Of a stretch of 64,000 bases of DNA, positions 11,352 through 22,916 are shown piece after piece. Under the pieces are notes generated by a model. It was not told where the DNA came from and ran no database searches. It saw only the letters and a list, made by a program, of their open reading frames with translations. The stretch spans positions 91,982,331 to 92,046,330 of the forward strand of contig NC_068989.1 of the NCBI RefSeq assembly GCF_001194135.2. The letters run 5' to 3'. The translations under genes were made by a program, and so were the position numbers. The stretch's first letter is position 1. Every line of letters starts with the position of its first letter. Source of the stretch: Octopus bimaculoides (taxonomy: Eukaryota).

Positions 11352-11804
11352 TGTGTATGTACGTATGTATGTAAGAAGGTATAGTTCAATGTTCGGTAAA
11401 GATAAGATTAAAAAAAATGTACTCCATCCAGTGAGAGATAAATATTATTTAATGTACACTGTATTAAGATAAGAGCTACTAATATATTCTTGCTCCGAAG
11501 AGAAGAGACCACATTTTCAGAGCCAGATGGTTGCTTGCAGGCACAAGGCACGTTATAAACCAGCCTGTCAACGTATTTTAATAGTAAGAAACCGTTCAAG
11601 TGTTCCTGTGAAGATGAAGGTAGAGTTAATGTACAAGCATTTGGCTAGCATTCATTTTCAACCGAGTAAACGGTGACAACGTGAAATCTAATGTTTTGCT
11701 CAAGTACGCTGTCTGGTCTAGAAATTGAGCCCAACATGTAATACTCGAAAGCTGTTCTCATGCGCACGCACGCACACACACACACATACATACATACATA
11801 TATA

Positions 11805-12152
11805 CAGGGTGATTCAAAAGTCGCCATACATAGGAAGAATTTATCTTTTTATAAGAAACAGTTTATAAGAACAGTTTTTAATTTAACAGTCTCTATATGG
11901 TTACTATTGTTTTGAATACACATTGCAATATGTTTACCCTACTCATTGTGAATTCGTAATAGCACATCTGGTGATGCGTGTGCAAATGAGTTGGTGATGC
12001 GTTCCTTCAAATGATTTATGTCTTTTATCTTTCAAATGCCCCCAAAGATAGAAATCAAGAGGGGTCAGATCAGGGGATCTAGGGGATTTTATAAACTGTT
12101 TCTTATAAAGAAAATTAAATTTTTCGTATGTATGAAGACTTTTTGAATCACC

Positions 12153-12155
<3 letters not shown>
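11805..12155 (-). mobile_element. Internally deleted Tc1/mariner-superfamily element
   Basis: About 60-bp TIRs (cagggtgattcaaaagtc... / ...gactttttgaatcaccctg), TA on the left; minus-strand remnant PRSPDLTPLDFYLWGHLKDK, the transposase third-D region. Confidence 0.9.
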
Positions 12156-12206
<51 letters not shown>

Positions 12207-12760
12207 TGTGTATTACATCTATAAATGTTACAATTATTGATGATACTGTCGGATTGAAACATATGTAGAATTTTATTTGGAGATGTTTGGGTTGTTTTGC
12301 TGATGCGGTTCCTTTTATACTTGTTCTTATAGGTTTATCTTTGAATCCTTTATTTTTTTAGTTTGTATTACTTTTCCATTGCGATACAAATAAGATGAAC
12401 CAAGCATCTTTTATATATTTTTCCTCTCCATATCCTTCAATTGACTTTTTAACACACATACACACACACATGTATGTAATTCATGTTCAGTTAGTTGAAG
12501 GAAAGAAAACGGAGAGTTAAAAGTTAATTATTTATAAAAAAATTGGCAATCTTTATTTCTTATAGCCGTTTCCATTAGGGCCCAATTGGTAAAATATAAA
12601 TTTGCGCTTTAAATTTGCATGTATATCTTATGAGCATAATTTCATCAGAAAAATAGACATTATTTAAGGAAATTTCATATCCCCAAAATACTGGGTATGA
12701 AACTATCGTTTTCTTGGAGGTAACCATCACTTTATGAGGTTAACATATTCTCTAAGCAAT

Positions 12761-12791
<31 letters not shown>

Positions 12792-12884
12792 TGGAATGTC
12801 TTGTGCAAGACAAAGTATGAGCTTTCAATCTTTGCCAAAAACCTTGCAGAAATGATTCTTTTAATAGTGATCAAATGCATGTAT

Positions 12885-13078
12885 TTTACAGTGGCCCACC
12901 CCCTCCATCAAGTCAACGTTGCCTGAACAAGTGCACCATACGACAAATTAGGCGTCGACGTGTTCGCAGAGCAACGGGAAATTAAGTATTTTGTTCAAGC
13001 ACACAAGAAACCGTCCGGGCTACGAATTGAAACCATGATCTCGCGATCAACAGCCTAACCACTAGGCCATGCGTCCTA
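12885..13078 (-). mobile_element. tRNA-derived SINE family C
   Basis: Reverse complement starts ggacgcatggcctagtggttagg and shares ggtgcacttgt...gcaacgt...ttgatggag with 45458-45748. Confidence 0.7.
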
Positions 13079-13111
13079 ATATATATATAAATACATACAC
13101 ACATATGCATA

Positions 13112-13246
13112 ATAGGAGCACTTCGTCGGAGTGGATTGGAGCCATGTGAAATAAAGTGTCTTGCTCAAGGACAAAACGCGTCGCCGGGAATTGAACTCAC
13201 GACCTTACAATCCTGAGCGAAATGTCCTAACCACCAAGCCACGCGT
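13112..13246 (-). mobile_element. SINE family B head
   Basis: gaaataaagtgtcttgctcaaggac...ccgggaattgaactcacgacc...cctaaccaccaagccacgcg. Confidence 0.85.
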
Positions 13247-13795
13247 ATACAGTCATACATACATACATACATACATGTATTCACTCATGCACGTGGGCAA
13301 ACTTTTAATGTGTGCGGGGATTGTATTGTAATATGTTTTATTATTGCTTTATTTTGTACCCGTTAATCCTATGTCTGGAAGAGATAGCCAATTGTCACTT
13401 ACATATAGTGTCCTTTCATTGGCAATCTCCGCTATGACCCCATCACCTCTAGCCTTCCTCGCGGCTCTGTGCTTCTTTATAATATTCACCTTGAATCTCT
13501 GCTGAAGGATAACTGGTTCTTTCTGATAAGATATTTATATGTTGTCTACGAATGTCCACTTCCTGTGATGAGAAAATTCGTACGAGATTGTCTGTACATC
13601 TGATGTGATAGGTTTCGCCATGCAAATACATATATACACGCATATATATGTATATACGTGAGTGTGTGTACATACTTCCATATAGTCACACTCACACACT
13701 CATAAATGCATTTGTGTATATGTATATATGTGTAAATATATATATGTATATATAGATATAGGAAAATAGAATTTTCTTTACACGTATGCACATAA

Positions 13796-13853
<58 letters not shown>

Positions 13854-14397
13854 TGTATGTGTATTATGTATCATATATATATGTATATATATATATACGA
13901 ATATACACTACATACGTATGTATGTGTATGTAGTGTATACATGCTTACATATGCACACTCACACACACACATTACTCTAGGAGACTGTGTGCATGTCTGT
14001 GTGTCGAATTTGTGTTTCCATGCCGTATAAACATGCTCCATTTGGTTTGATGTGTAACGTTATTTTGATAAGTTATCAATGATTCAGGTTTTGGGCGAGG
14101 AATTGGCGATGTGGTTCCAGTGAAATTGCTGCCGCAAACAATATAAAGTTATCAGAAGGTTATAGAGTCTCCTTTTAAATCTATGATTTATGAGTTTCAA
14201 ATATCTGCAGGAATGAGACACGATATAAACATTCAGCAGGTTTTTGGTGAATTATGTGCTCAAACGTATTATTTTAGCTTGTTTATTGTATTACTTCTCT
14301 CCTGTATTTCTTCCGTTATTTTGCTGCTCTTTTCCTCCATTTTTGTGCGGAATACTTTTCGAGTTGTTCTGCTGGTGTTTACTGAAGTTTCCTGAAC

Positions 14398-14566
14398 AGG
14401 TAGAGGTATGGTTGTGCGGTCAAGGAACTGGTTTTGCAGCTACGTAGTTTCGGTTTCAGGCTCACGATACGGTACCCTGGAAATATCCCTTCTAATATAA
14501 TCCTGGTCACCCAATTCCATATGCTTAAATTTGGTAGACGGAAACTGGATGGAAGTCCATCATATA

Positions 14567-14602
<36 letters not shown>

Positions 14603-14713
14603 TTTGTGTTTTTCTTTGTCCCGTCCGAACCCCTTGAAATCCGATGTTGGTTTGTTTAGTCCCCATAATTCAGCATTTTGTCAAAAGAGACCGATAGAAT
14701 AAGTACCAGGCTT
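14398..14713 (+). mobile_element. Old SINE family A copy, 3'-truncated
   Basis: atttggtagacggaaactgg and caaaagagaccgatagaataagtaccaggctt. Confidence 0.75.
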
Positions 14714-14715
14714 AA

Positions 14716-15130
14716 AATTTATTATTGGTGCTGCTAATTATGTTTTGATAAATTGCTGTTTCTTTTCAGATATCATCAGAAAAAGGTAATTAAAATTCAC
14801 TAAAATGACAGATCTATCGGACTTTCAAAGAGGTCAAATTGCTAGTGCTCGTTTGGCAGTCGCTAGTGTAACGAAAACAGCGAAAATGTTTGGTGTATAA
14901 AGAAGTATTGTCTCTTTCAGCTATTTTCGTTAAGCTAGCGCCTGCCATACGAGCACCAACAATTTGACTTCATAGAAAGTGCGATAGATCTGTCATTTTA
15001 ATTAATTTTAATTACCTTTTTTTGATATCTGAAAAGAAACAGCAATTTACCAAAACATACATAGCAACACTAATAATAAATTAAAAATCATAAAAATAAA
15101 CAAGGGAGTTCTTATAAATTTGTATCACTG
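14716..15130. mobile_element. Foldback MITE made of two Tc1 5' ends
   Basis: About 170-bp arms (14716-14885 and 14915-15082) around a 30-bp loop. Right end reads TA|CAGTGATACAAATTTATAAGAAC on the minus strand. Left arm encodes MTDLSDFQRGQIASARLAVASVTKTAKMFGV* from 14805 (Tc1 paired-like HTH). Confidence 0.85.
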
Positions 15131-15636
15131 TAGTGTATGAACTGACTGATTTTTGACTACTGTTTCTAGCACATTAATCATCGAAGTAAATGTTCTACTT
15201 ATAGTACGAAATATTTTCACCACTCAATAATCAAGCCTCAGATATCTCTCATTTGTTATGGCACCGCATCTGCACTAAGCGCCTTAATTTCAAATACTTA
15301 GTCTTAAATATACGAGGACCTCAACATTAGTTGGTTTGAAAAACTGAGGAGAATTTCCATATGAGGAATGAAGGAATTTATTTCATTCAACACTGCGAAC
15401 ATATTTTTCTCGCCTGTGACATTCATGAATTCTTTATCATCTTTATTTTCCTCCTTTATGTAACTTTAATTATTTGCTTGCTTCAGCCACCAGAGCTTAA
15501 TCTCGCTAGTACCTTCTTTAAGATGGTATGTATTCTATCGACTTTTTTTTTTTGCCGAAACGCTTAGTTACGGGTACGTAAACAAACCAACGCTGGTTGT
15601 CAGGCGGTGTGAAGTACTAGTACAGATGCAAACACA

Positions 15637-15670
<34 letters not shown>

Positions 15671-15672
<2 letters not shown>

Positions 15673-15910
15673 CATCTGGTGCACACACACACGCACACAC
15701 ATCTGGTGCACACAGACACGCACACACATCTGGTGCACACAGACACGCACACACATCTGGTGCACACAGACACGCACACACATCTGGTGCACACAGACAC
15801 GCACACACATCTGGTGCACACAGACACGCACACACATCTGGTGCACATACACACGCACACACATCTGGTGCACACACACACACACACACACACACATCTG
15901 GTGCACACAG
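15671..15910 (+). repeat. 27-bp minisatellite, 9 copies, in the microsatellite slot of a family A SINE
   Basis: Unit catctggtgcacacagacacgcacaca; catctggtg at 15673, 15700, 15727, 15754, 15781, 15808, 15835, 15862 and 15895. Confidence 0.95.
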
Positions 15911-16079
15911 AGACACACATACACCTATATGTCAATGATTGTGTGCAAGCTATAAATAAATAGCTAGTTAGTTATATACATACACACATACCTGTGGACT
16001 GGTATAACCATGTGTATGTGAATAATTATGTACGTGTATGTATATACATTTCTGTGTATATTCAACACACACGTTGATA

Positions 16080-16830
16080 TTCTGGGTGGATGAAAAGTCA
16101 GTAGGAATTAAAAATTAGTAATAAAAACCCTATTCCTTTTACATGTTCTTTATTACATGAAAGTAAATCTTCATATTTCAACGTAAGTATCGGTGCCGCC
16201 AACCTGTTTTCTCAAGCGGCCACGGACAGAATAAACAACCTTCTGAAGGACCTCGTCTGGGATATCATTGAGAACCCTCAGATCTGTGTTTCCAAGTCCT
16301 CCAGTGTGCAAGGTTTTGCCTTATACACCGTTTTTGTGTAACCATATGAACTGAAATCTGAACTCCTTGGAGTTCTTGATTCCTGCACGTAATGGGGTTT
16401 TCCACGGATGAAAATTCAATTCTTTATGCAACACCATACGTATTGTGTATCTTGTTAGTCCACTTTCACAAACTGCTTGACGTGTTGATTTTTGCGGGCT
16501 GCGATTAATCATTTCCAGCACTTTTGGCACGTTCTCCGCTGAACAGAATGTAGTTCGAGGGCCACTACTTCTTGCATCGTTCACAGGGCCGGTTGTCATC
16601 AGCTTTGCATGACAACTTTTTATTGCCTCCTGACGTAGTGCTACATGGTGACGTTTCCATGCACGCAACCATCTGTGAATCAAAAACAATGAAATTCCAC
16701 ACTTCATAGCATGCTGTTATCTTAGTTCGCTCCTGAACAGTCATGCGACAGACCATCTGCGAAAAAAGAAATATGACAATCAAGAAATAAGAAATCCCCA
16801 TTAGTGTTGTCTGTTTGAAAAGCGTTTTCG
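16080..16830 (-). mobile_element. Internally deleted Tc1/mariner-superfamily transposon with DUF4817-like HTH N-terminus
   Basis: Frameshifted MTVQERTKITACYEVWN / HRWLRAWK...EAIKSCHAKLMTTGPVND...SAENVPKVLEMINRSPQKSTRQA...LHKELNFHPWK joined to a C-terminal remnant; left end resembles the 11805 TIR; right boundary approximate. Confidence 0.8.
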
Positions 16831-16911
16831 TCATGACTTCAGTGATACAAAGAATTCTATGAGCAATTTCTAATGCCTAGTTACTCCCCCCTCTCTTTCT
16901 CTCTTTCTCTC

Positions 16912-16981
<70 letters not shown>

Positions 16982-18169
16982 ATGTACATAGATACATACA
17001 TATGATTATATGGGTACAGGGCGTCACCAACAGTAAACATGAAATACGAAAACAAATGAGTTCAATACGAAAACAACGAGAGAAACAAATGGAAAACAGA
17101 AGTAACACAAAGAACGACCCTTCATCAGTTGTTGGTGATATACCTACTTATCATTTCGAGCACTGAACAACAATGAGTCTTCGAAGACAGTTGCTCCCAT
17201 AAGTACCAAAATAGAATTTTGGATTCATGGACGGCCAAAGCTTGGAACCAAAAGAAAAAAAAACTGTCAGAGCCAGAGGGAAAAAGACGGGCCGGCCGGC
17301 AGACAGACGGAGACAGACTGATATATGGACAAACGGTAAGACCGACAAACAGATAGATAGATAGATAGATAGATAGATGATAACTAGATAGATGTTAGAT
17401 AGATAGAGATATATGGAAAGATGATAGATAGACAGGTAGGTAGGTAGATAGACAGACACTTTCTGAATTAAAGCCAACACCAATGCCTTCTCAAAACGTA
17501 TTTGTAAAGATTATGTTAAAAATATTGTAAATCAACAACACATCTGTTTCTATTGGTTCTACGTAAATAATTCAGTTTCTACGGAAAAAAATAGTTAAAT
17601 AAACGAATCATTCCTCGTTGCCATTGAAATTTCGATTTTAATTCAATTCCATTAAATGCATTTCATTGCTGTTAGCAACAAAAATTGCATGAGTGGACCA
17701 AGTATTAATTCAATTCGCTTATGATGAACAGAAATTTAAACCACACTGTCACTGACATTAAATTTAGACTCATTGATTCATGCGAGGGAAATCTATTTTT
17801 CTGACTGAATTTAAGCATTATTATTGATTTCTGAAATGTTGTAGACGGCTGAGCTGGTCTCAAGTTATACTAGTGTTTCCATAGCTCAATGTTCGTATCA
17901 CGCCATTAGTAGATTTTTGTGTCCAAGGTCAACACACTTAAAGCTCTCGCTAATAAATTTCCCATTAATCGCGCCTCAAGGCAATGAATACATCACAAGA
18001 TTAACTAGATGTTTTATATTTTTATTTTTTCAACCGCCTGCTTATTAATTTGTGAATATGTTCATAAATTATGGCGAGTTTAGAAAATGCGAACGCATTC
18101 TGCTGATGTAAGAAGGCATAACCTCGCTTTCATAAATACATACATCACGTGATTACGTGATCGACCTGA

Positions 18170-18392
18170 CTAACGGTTGTTTTAAGCATTGCTGACAGCA
18201 ATGTGCTTTGCATATTTTTGCCTGATCGGAAGACTCGTCCGACGCTGGGTTATCCATTTATTTAAAGCTGAGTGGATAAGAGAAGCGTGAAATGAAGTGT
18301 TTCGCTCGAGAACACAACGTGCATCCGGTCTGGGAAACGAAACCACGACAATTGTGATAGCAACACGGCTAATCACTGGGCTACGCGTTTCA
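18170..18392 (-). mobile_element. tRNA-derived SINE (family B-type head)
   Basis: gctgagtgga...gtgaaatgaagtgtttcgctcgagaacacaacg...aaaccacgac...ctaatcactgggctacgcg. Confidence 0.7.
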
Positions 18393-18416
18393 CCATACAT
18401 ACATACATACATACAA

Positions 18417-18735
18417 ACTTTTACTTGTTTCGGTCATTTGACTGTGGTCATGATGGAGCACAGCCTTGAAGGGTTTTAGTCGAATGAATCGACCCCTGTA
18501 CGTATTTTATAAAACTTAGTTCTTATTCTATCGCACACTTTTGCCGACCCGCTAAGTTACGGAGATGTAAACACCAACACTGGCAGTCAAGCGGTGATGA
18601 GGGACACACACACACACACACACACGCGCACACACGCACGCACGCGCACACGCGCATACACACACACACGCACGCACGCACGCACACACACACACACTCT
18701 TATTTATATACACGACGTGCTTCTTTCAGTTTCTG
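18417..18735 (-). mobile_element. SINE family A, 3' part
   Basis: cttttacttgtttcggtcatttgactg...gctaagttacggagatgtaaacaccaacac...ttctttcagtttc. Confidence 0.8.
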
Positions 18736-19080
18736 AATTATCTTAAAGATGGAACAATTTGTGTGCTCGTACTGAAGATTTCCGCTCGTACTTCAGGGCA
18801 AAACTTCGCACGAGTCTCGGCTCCTACAGCAAATTACTCGCACAACGGGGCGCTCGTGCTGTGAGGTTCTACTGTACTAATTCTTTTTATGACTGTCCTT
18901 TCCTTAATTTCAGACTTCCTTTGTTCCATTTTCTATCGAATGCGTACTCTCTTTTACTTTTTCTATTCATTCCTCTCTTCCTTCTTTCTCTTCACTTTAG
19001 TCCTTATTTTCCAAACCATCACGTCCCTTCCCCTGTCCTCTTTATCACTTCCACTTTTCGTTATACCTGTTCCTATACCC

Positions 19081-19634
19081 GGATCTTTTTTAAAACGGGG
19101 GCCTCACTTTTCATTAATGTTTTACGTAGTGTTTTTGGTACCGAAAGGCTTTCAAACTTCGTATACTTATCTATTTTGTGTTATAGAACAGAAAAATATT
19201 TTTGTATTCGAATTTATTTCATGTAAAAAATTGTCTTATTTCGATAATTTCAACCAATCACTGACAAGTATTCAGTTGTTTATATTTACTCCTTTGGCTG
19301 ATTAAGTGGTGTAAAGCGTATTTAATTTCCATAGCTTCGTTTTGCTTTTTTCTTTTTAAATTTGCTGTTTTACCCTAACCCTATCACCGATAGAATTGTT
19401 TCAGAATCGTTTGTTTATGTAGTCGGCACTTAATGTATATCGGCTGAATGGACGTCAGTGATTGGTTGAAATTACAGAAATACGACAACTTTAACATGGA
19501 ATAACTTAGGGATTTCTTTTTTTTTTAAAGAAGACTAAGAGAAAAAGATGGTTTATATGACACATTCTACCAGTGTTCCAAGTTTCAAAGTGTTTCTTTA
19601 ATGAAAAATGTGGCCCCCGTTTTAAAAAAGATCC
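19081..19634 (+). mobile_element. MITE with about 36-bp TIRs and a second internal inverted repeat
   Basis: TIRs ggatcttttttaaaacgggggcctcacttttcattaa / ttaatgaaaaatgtggcccccgttttaaaaaagatcc; internal IR taatttcaaccaatcactgac (about 19247) vs gtcagtgattggttgaaatta (about 19454); second copy at 3648. Confidence 0.9.
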
Positions 19635-19914
19635 CTATAGCCTCTCTTTACGCTACCTCTTCAAGCCTTACCATTCTTTCACGGCTCTTCTTCGTTACAA
19701 CTAGAAATGACTCTCAAGAATAAAAACATTAATCTTCTTGGGCGTTCCAGTTTTCTGAAAAACATCAATGGGCCGATTGAGTAAACCTATCAATATCAAA
19801 CCTATAATGACTACCGGAAACAGCTGTAAGTGAAATTTACTACAATCAAGAAAAGCATATAACAACCATTATTTCTACCTTGTCTCGTATGTATATGTAT
19901 CTATGATTGACCGT

Positions 19915-20094
19915 TGACCGAACACTATTCAATTTTTTTTCTCCGTGTTTTTCTCCTTGTCTCCGTATTCTTTCTGTTGAAGAGCGTAGCTCGAAACGTT
20001 AAAGACTTTCCGTATTCCCGAGCGTCATACTAATACATCCTTTTGTTGTTTACACCACCTGTCCTCGTCTGTTGTTGTTTTTTCGTACATTCTC

Positions 20095-20098
<4 letters not shown>
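19915..20098 (+). mobile_element. Penelope-like terminal repeat fragment (family with copies at about 24585-24745 and 41935-42118, both minus)
   Basis: Shared ctttctgt(t/a)gaagagcgtag(g)ctc...aaagactt...gagcgt(c/t)a block in three places. PLE assignment is inferred from the hammerhead fold. Confidence 0.6.
19969..20005 (+). ncRNA. Minimal type I hammerhead ribozyme fold with A6U core variant
   Basis: UCUUU-CUGUUGA-A-GAGC(GUA)GCUC-GAAAC-GUU-AAAGA: 5-bp stem I, 4-bp stem II, palindromic AACGUU in place of stem III. Confidence 0.6.
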
Positions 20099-20133
<35 letters not shown>

Positions 20134-20467
20134 GTACGTACGTACGTATATCTGTTTAGTGCCAAATGTATGGAAAAGAGTACTCAATATCAACTTAAAG
20201 ATTGATGATGTATTTCGGGATGGAGGGCGGAGTCACTCTCTTCTTACTCTGAATTTTCTTGTTCCTGCTCAGGAGCTTCAAACAAGTTAAATTTATTCTT
20301 TGTTATATATTGCACAAAGTGCAAAGAAGTAACGGGCAGAGATCTTTTACTGAAGATACTTTAAACGTATTTTTTCCTATTTTTCTTCATTTTTTTTTCT
20401 CGAGCCCGGAGAGACATAAGACCAGTTGCTTGATTTCCATCGTGCATAAGTAACCGAGATCACATTC

Positions 20468-20690
20468 CCACTGATTGGAGTGCTGGTTTGTAACAGGTTC
20501 CAAGGCCAACAATTTTGAGAAGATGGGGACAAGTCGATCATGTAGATCCAAGTATTTCACTGGTACTTAGCTTATCGAACGCGAAGAGATGAATCCCTCG
20601 ATGGGATTTGAACACAAACTTTAAAAATCTGGAAGAAGTGCTGCTAAGCATTTTGTCTGACACGCAAGCTCCGATCTCTAACCTTAAGAA
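20468..20690 (-). mobile_element. Degraded SINE family E (CORE-like)
   Basis: actggtacttagcttatcgaac...gggatttgaacac...gctaagcattttgtc. Confidence 0.6.
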
Positions 20691-20914
20691 ATATACACTT
20701 GTTTATAGCAACAATTTCAGCAATTAATTAGTTATATTTGTCGAAAATATATAGCGACAATGTTATCTCATGTTTTCATAGTTTAGCATGATTTTAGCAT
20801 CCGACAATAACGACCAATACCTTTACTTAATTGGGAGATGTTCAACTTGTTATATTACGAAGGTAGCATCATTTCTTGTGTCTGTAAAGATAATTACTCT
20901 CTTTGCGAATATTC

Positions 20915-21230
20915 CGTCAGTCATATTTCTGAGGAATTATGTACATTATTTAAAATGGAGGGACTGATGTCCCCACCCTGCTTGTTGTTACCATAACGTT
21001 TCGGCTGATGTACTCTCCTGCCTTCATCAGGTGTTCTGATGGAATTTCGAACCCAACCCTTTATTTGACACAGTACCCCATTAGTCAAGTAAAGGGTTTG
21101 GTTCGAAATTTCACCAGAACACCTGATGAAGGCAGAAGAGTGAATGAGCCGAAACGCTGTGGTAACACCAAACAAGGTGCGATGACCTATCCGTCCATTA
21201 TAAGTCACATACGTCTATTGTCAGTCATAC
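20915..21230. mobile_element. Palindromic Penelope-derived element with a hammerhead motif on each arm
   Basis: Inverted arms of about 130 bp around a short spacer: minus-strand CTGATGA...GAAACGTT at 20991-21036 and plus-strand CTGATGA...GAAACGCT at 21117-21162. Confidence 0.75.
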
Positions 21231-22060
21231 TTTGATATTTATATTGAACGTGACTGTGTGCACTATCCCAATGTGTATATCGGTTTCAAATTTCGGCACA
21301 AGGCCATCAATTTCCGTTACATCAACCAACTGGTACTTATATTATCAACTTCGAAACGAAGCGACGAGAAGTAAAGTCGACCACGGTACAATGTGATCTC
21401 AGAATGTATGCTCAAATGGATCAGTTTCCAGTGGTACCAACTAAATTGAATATAATTCGTTGAGGACATGTATATAATAAAACCATAATACTTCTCGTAC
21501 TTTCGAAAATTAAGTTTAAAGGCAAGAACCACTCTTATCTCCACCGCATTACTTCACCAATGTAAAAAAAAAAAAGATATTCTTCAACTTATCGTGCTTC
21601 GTTGTTTTTATATTTGGCAACGTAACTCTAGGGTGATTTCGTTTACTAATTGCATGGATCATCTCATTAAATGGAAGATTTTCAATCCCCAACATCATAT
21701 GTGTGATCCTAACATAAGTGTGCTTCGAATGAACAACGTTGCCCAGGGGCAATTTCTCGAAGCACTATTGCAAATAATTTCCTGATGGCTGGAAGATATC
21801 AGATAGCTCCATCATTGAGCCACAAGAGTGCTCTTATGAAAAAATCTCATTTAAAAGACAATATTAGTAACAACCGACATTGAAACCATTTCAACCAGAA
21901 TATAATAAACAGAAGCTCTTGAAATGTCGAATGACACTAGAAAATATTTTGTTGGAAACAAAACGAAAACGGTCAAAGTGGATTAATTAGAAAATATAAA
22001 ATCTTAAGACGAATAAGTTGAAAACAGTACGCGCGTGCGCGTGTATACATACATACATAC

Positions 22061-22103
<43 letters not shown>

Positions 22104-22473
22104 TTATATACATACATACATAGTGTATATATATATACATGCACATTGTTGTATTTAGGGACGGTCATTTTTTTGCCAAATAAACACACGCACTATGTAT
22201 TCGTTCTTCACTCGTTTATTTCTGTTCTTATTCTATTATTCTAATTCATGTCCATTGTCCGGAAACCTTCCGTAACACACACACACACACACGCACACGC
22301 ACCCCCCCCCCTTATTTTTGTTCCATTCTAAATACAATAGTTTTTATATTTCTGCTGTTTTTCAACAGGGCATATTACTCTACCTCTCGCATTCGAGTAC
22401 TATTTTTCCCACATTGTTTCGCATTTATGTGCTTAATCTGGTATGTTTATATATATATTTATATATATATGTT

Positions 22474-22530
<57 letters not shown>

Positions 22531-22531
22531 A

Positions 22532-22880
22532 GGCGCAATGGCCCAGTGGTTAGAGCAGCGGTCGCAGGATCGCAGATTCGATTCCCAGATCGGGCGTTGT
22601 GTGTGTTTATTAAGCAATAACACCTAAAGCTACACGAGGCTTCGGCAGGGTGTGGTGGCGAAACCCTGCTGTAATTTTTCCCCACAACTTTTTCTCATTC
22701 TTTCTTCTACTTTCTGTTGTACCTGTATTTCAAGGAGCCAGCCTTGTCACACCCCGAGAACTGCGTTAAGGGTACAAGTGTCTGTCGAACGCTCAGACAA
22801 TTACACGGTAATTTCACGAGCAGGGTGTTTCGTTGATCGGATCAACTGGAACCCCCATCGTTGTAACCGACGGAGTGCCA
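22532..22880 (+). mobile_element. SINE family B, full length
   Basis: ggcgcaatggcccagtggttagagc...ttcgattccc...gatcggatcaactggaaccc...gtaaccgacggagtgcca. Confidence 0.85.

Positions 22881-22916
<36 letters not shown>

Noticed and set aside
13370-13625. Minus-strand exon ending TAT|GTAAGT (QRFKVNIIKKHRAARKARGDGVIAEIANERTLY)
   Set aside because: Weak acceptor, an in-frame stop just upstream, a competing open frame and no recognisable protein; too ambiguous to call.
15600-15963. Regularly spaced repeats resembling a CRISPR array or a Cys-rich repeat protein
   Set aside because: Spacers are identical CA-rich filler, not unique sequences; eukaryotic context; lies within a SINE microsatellite.
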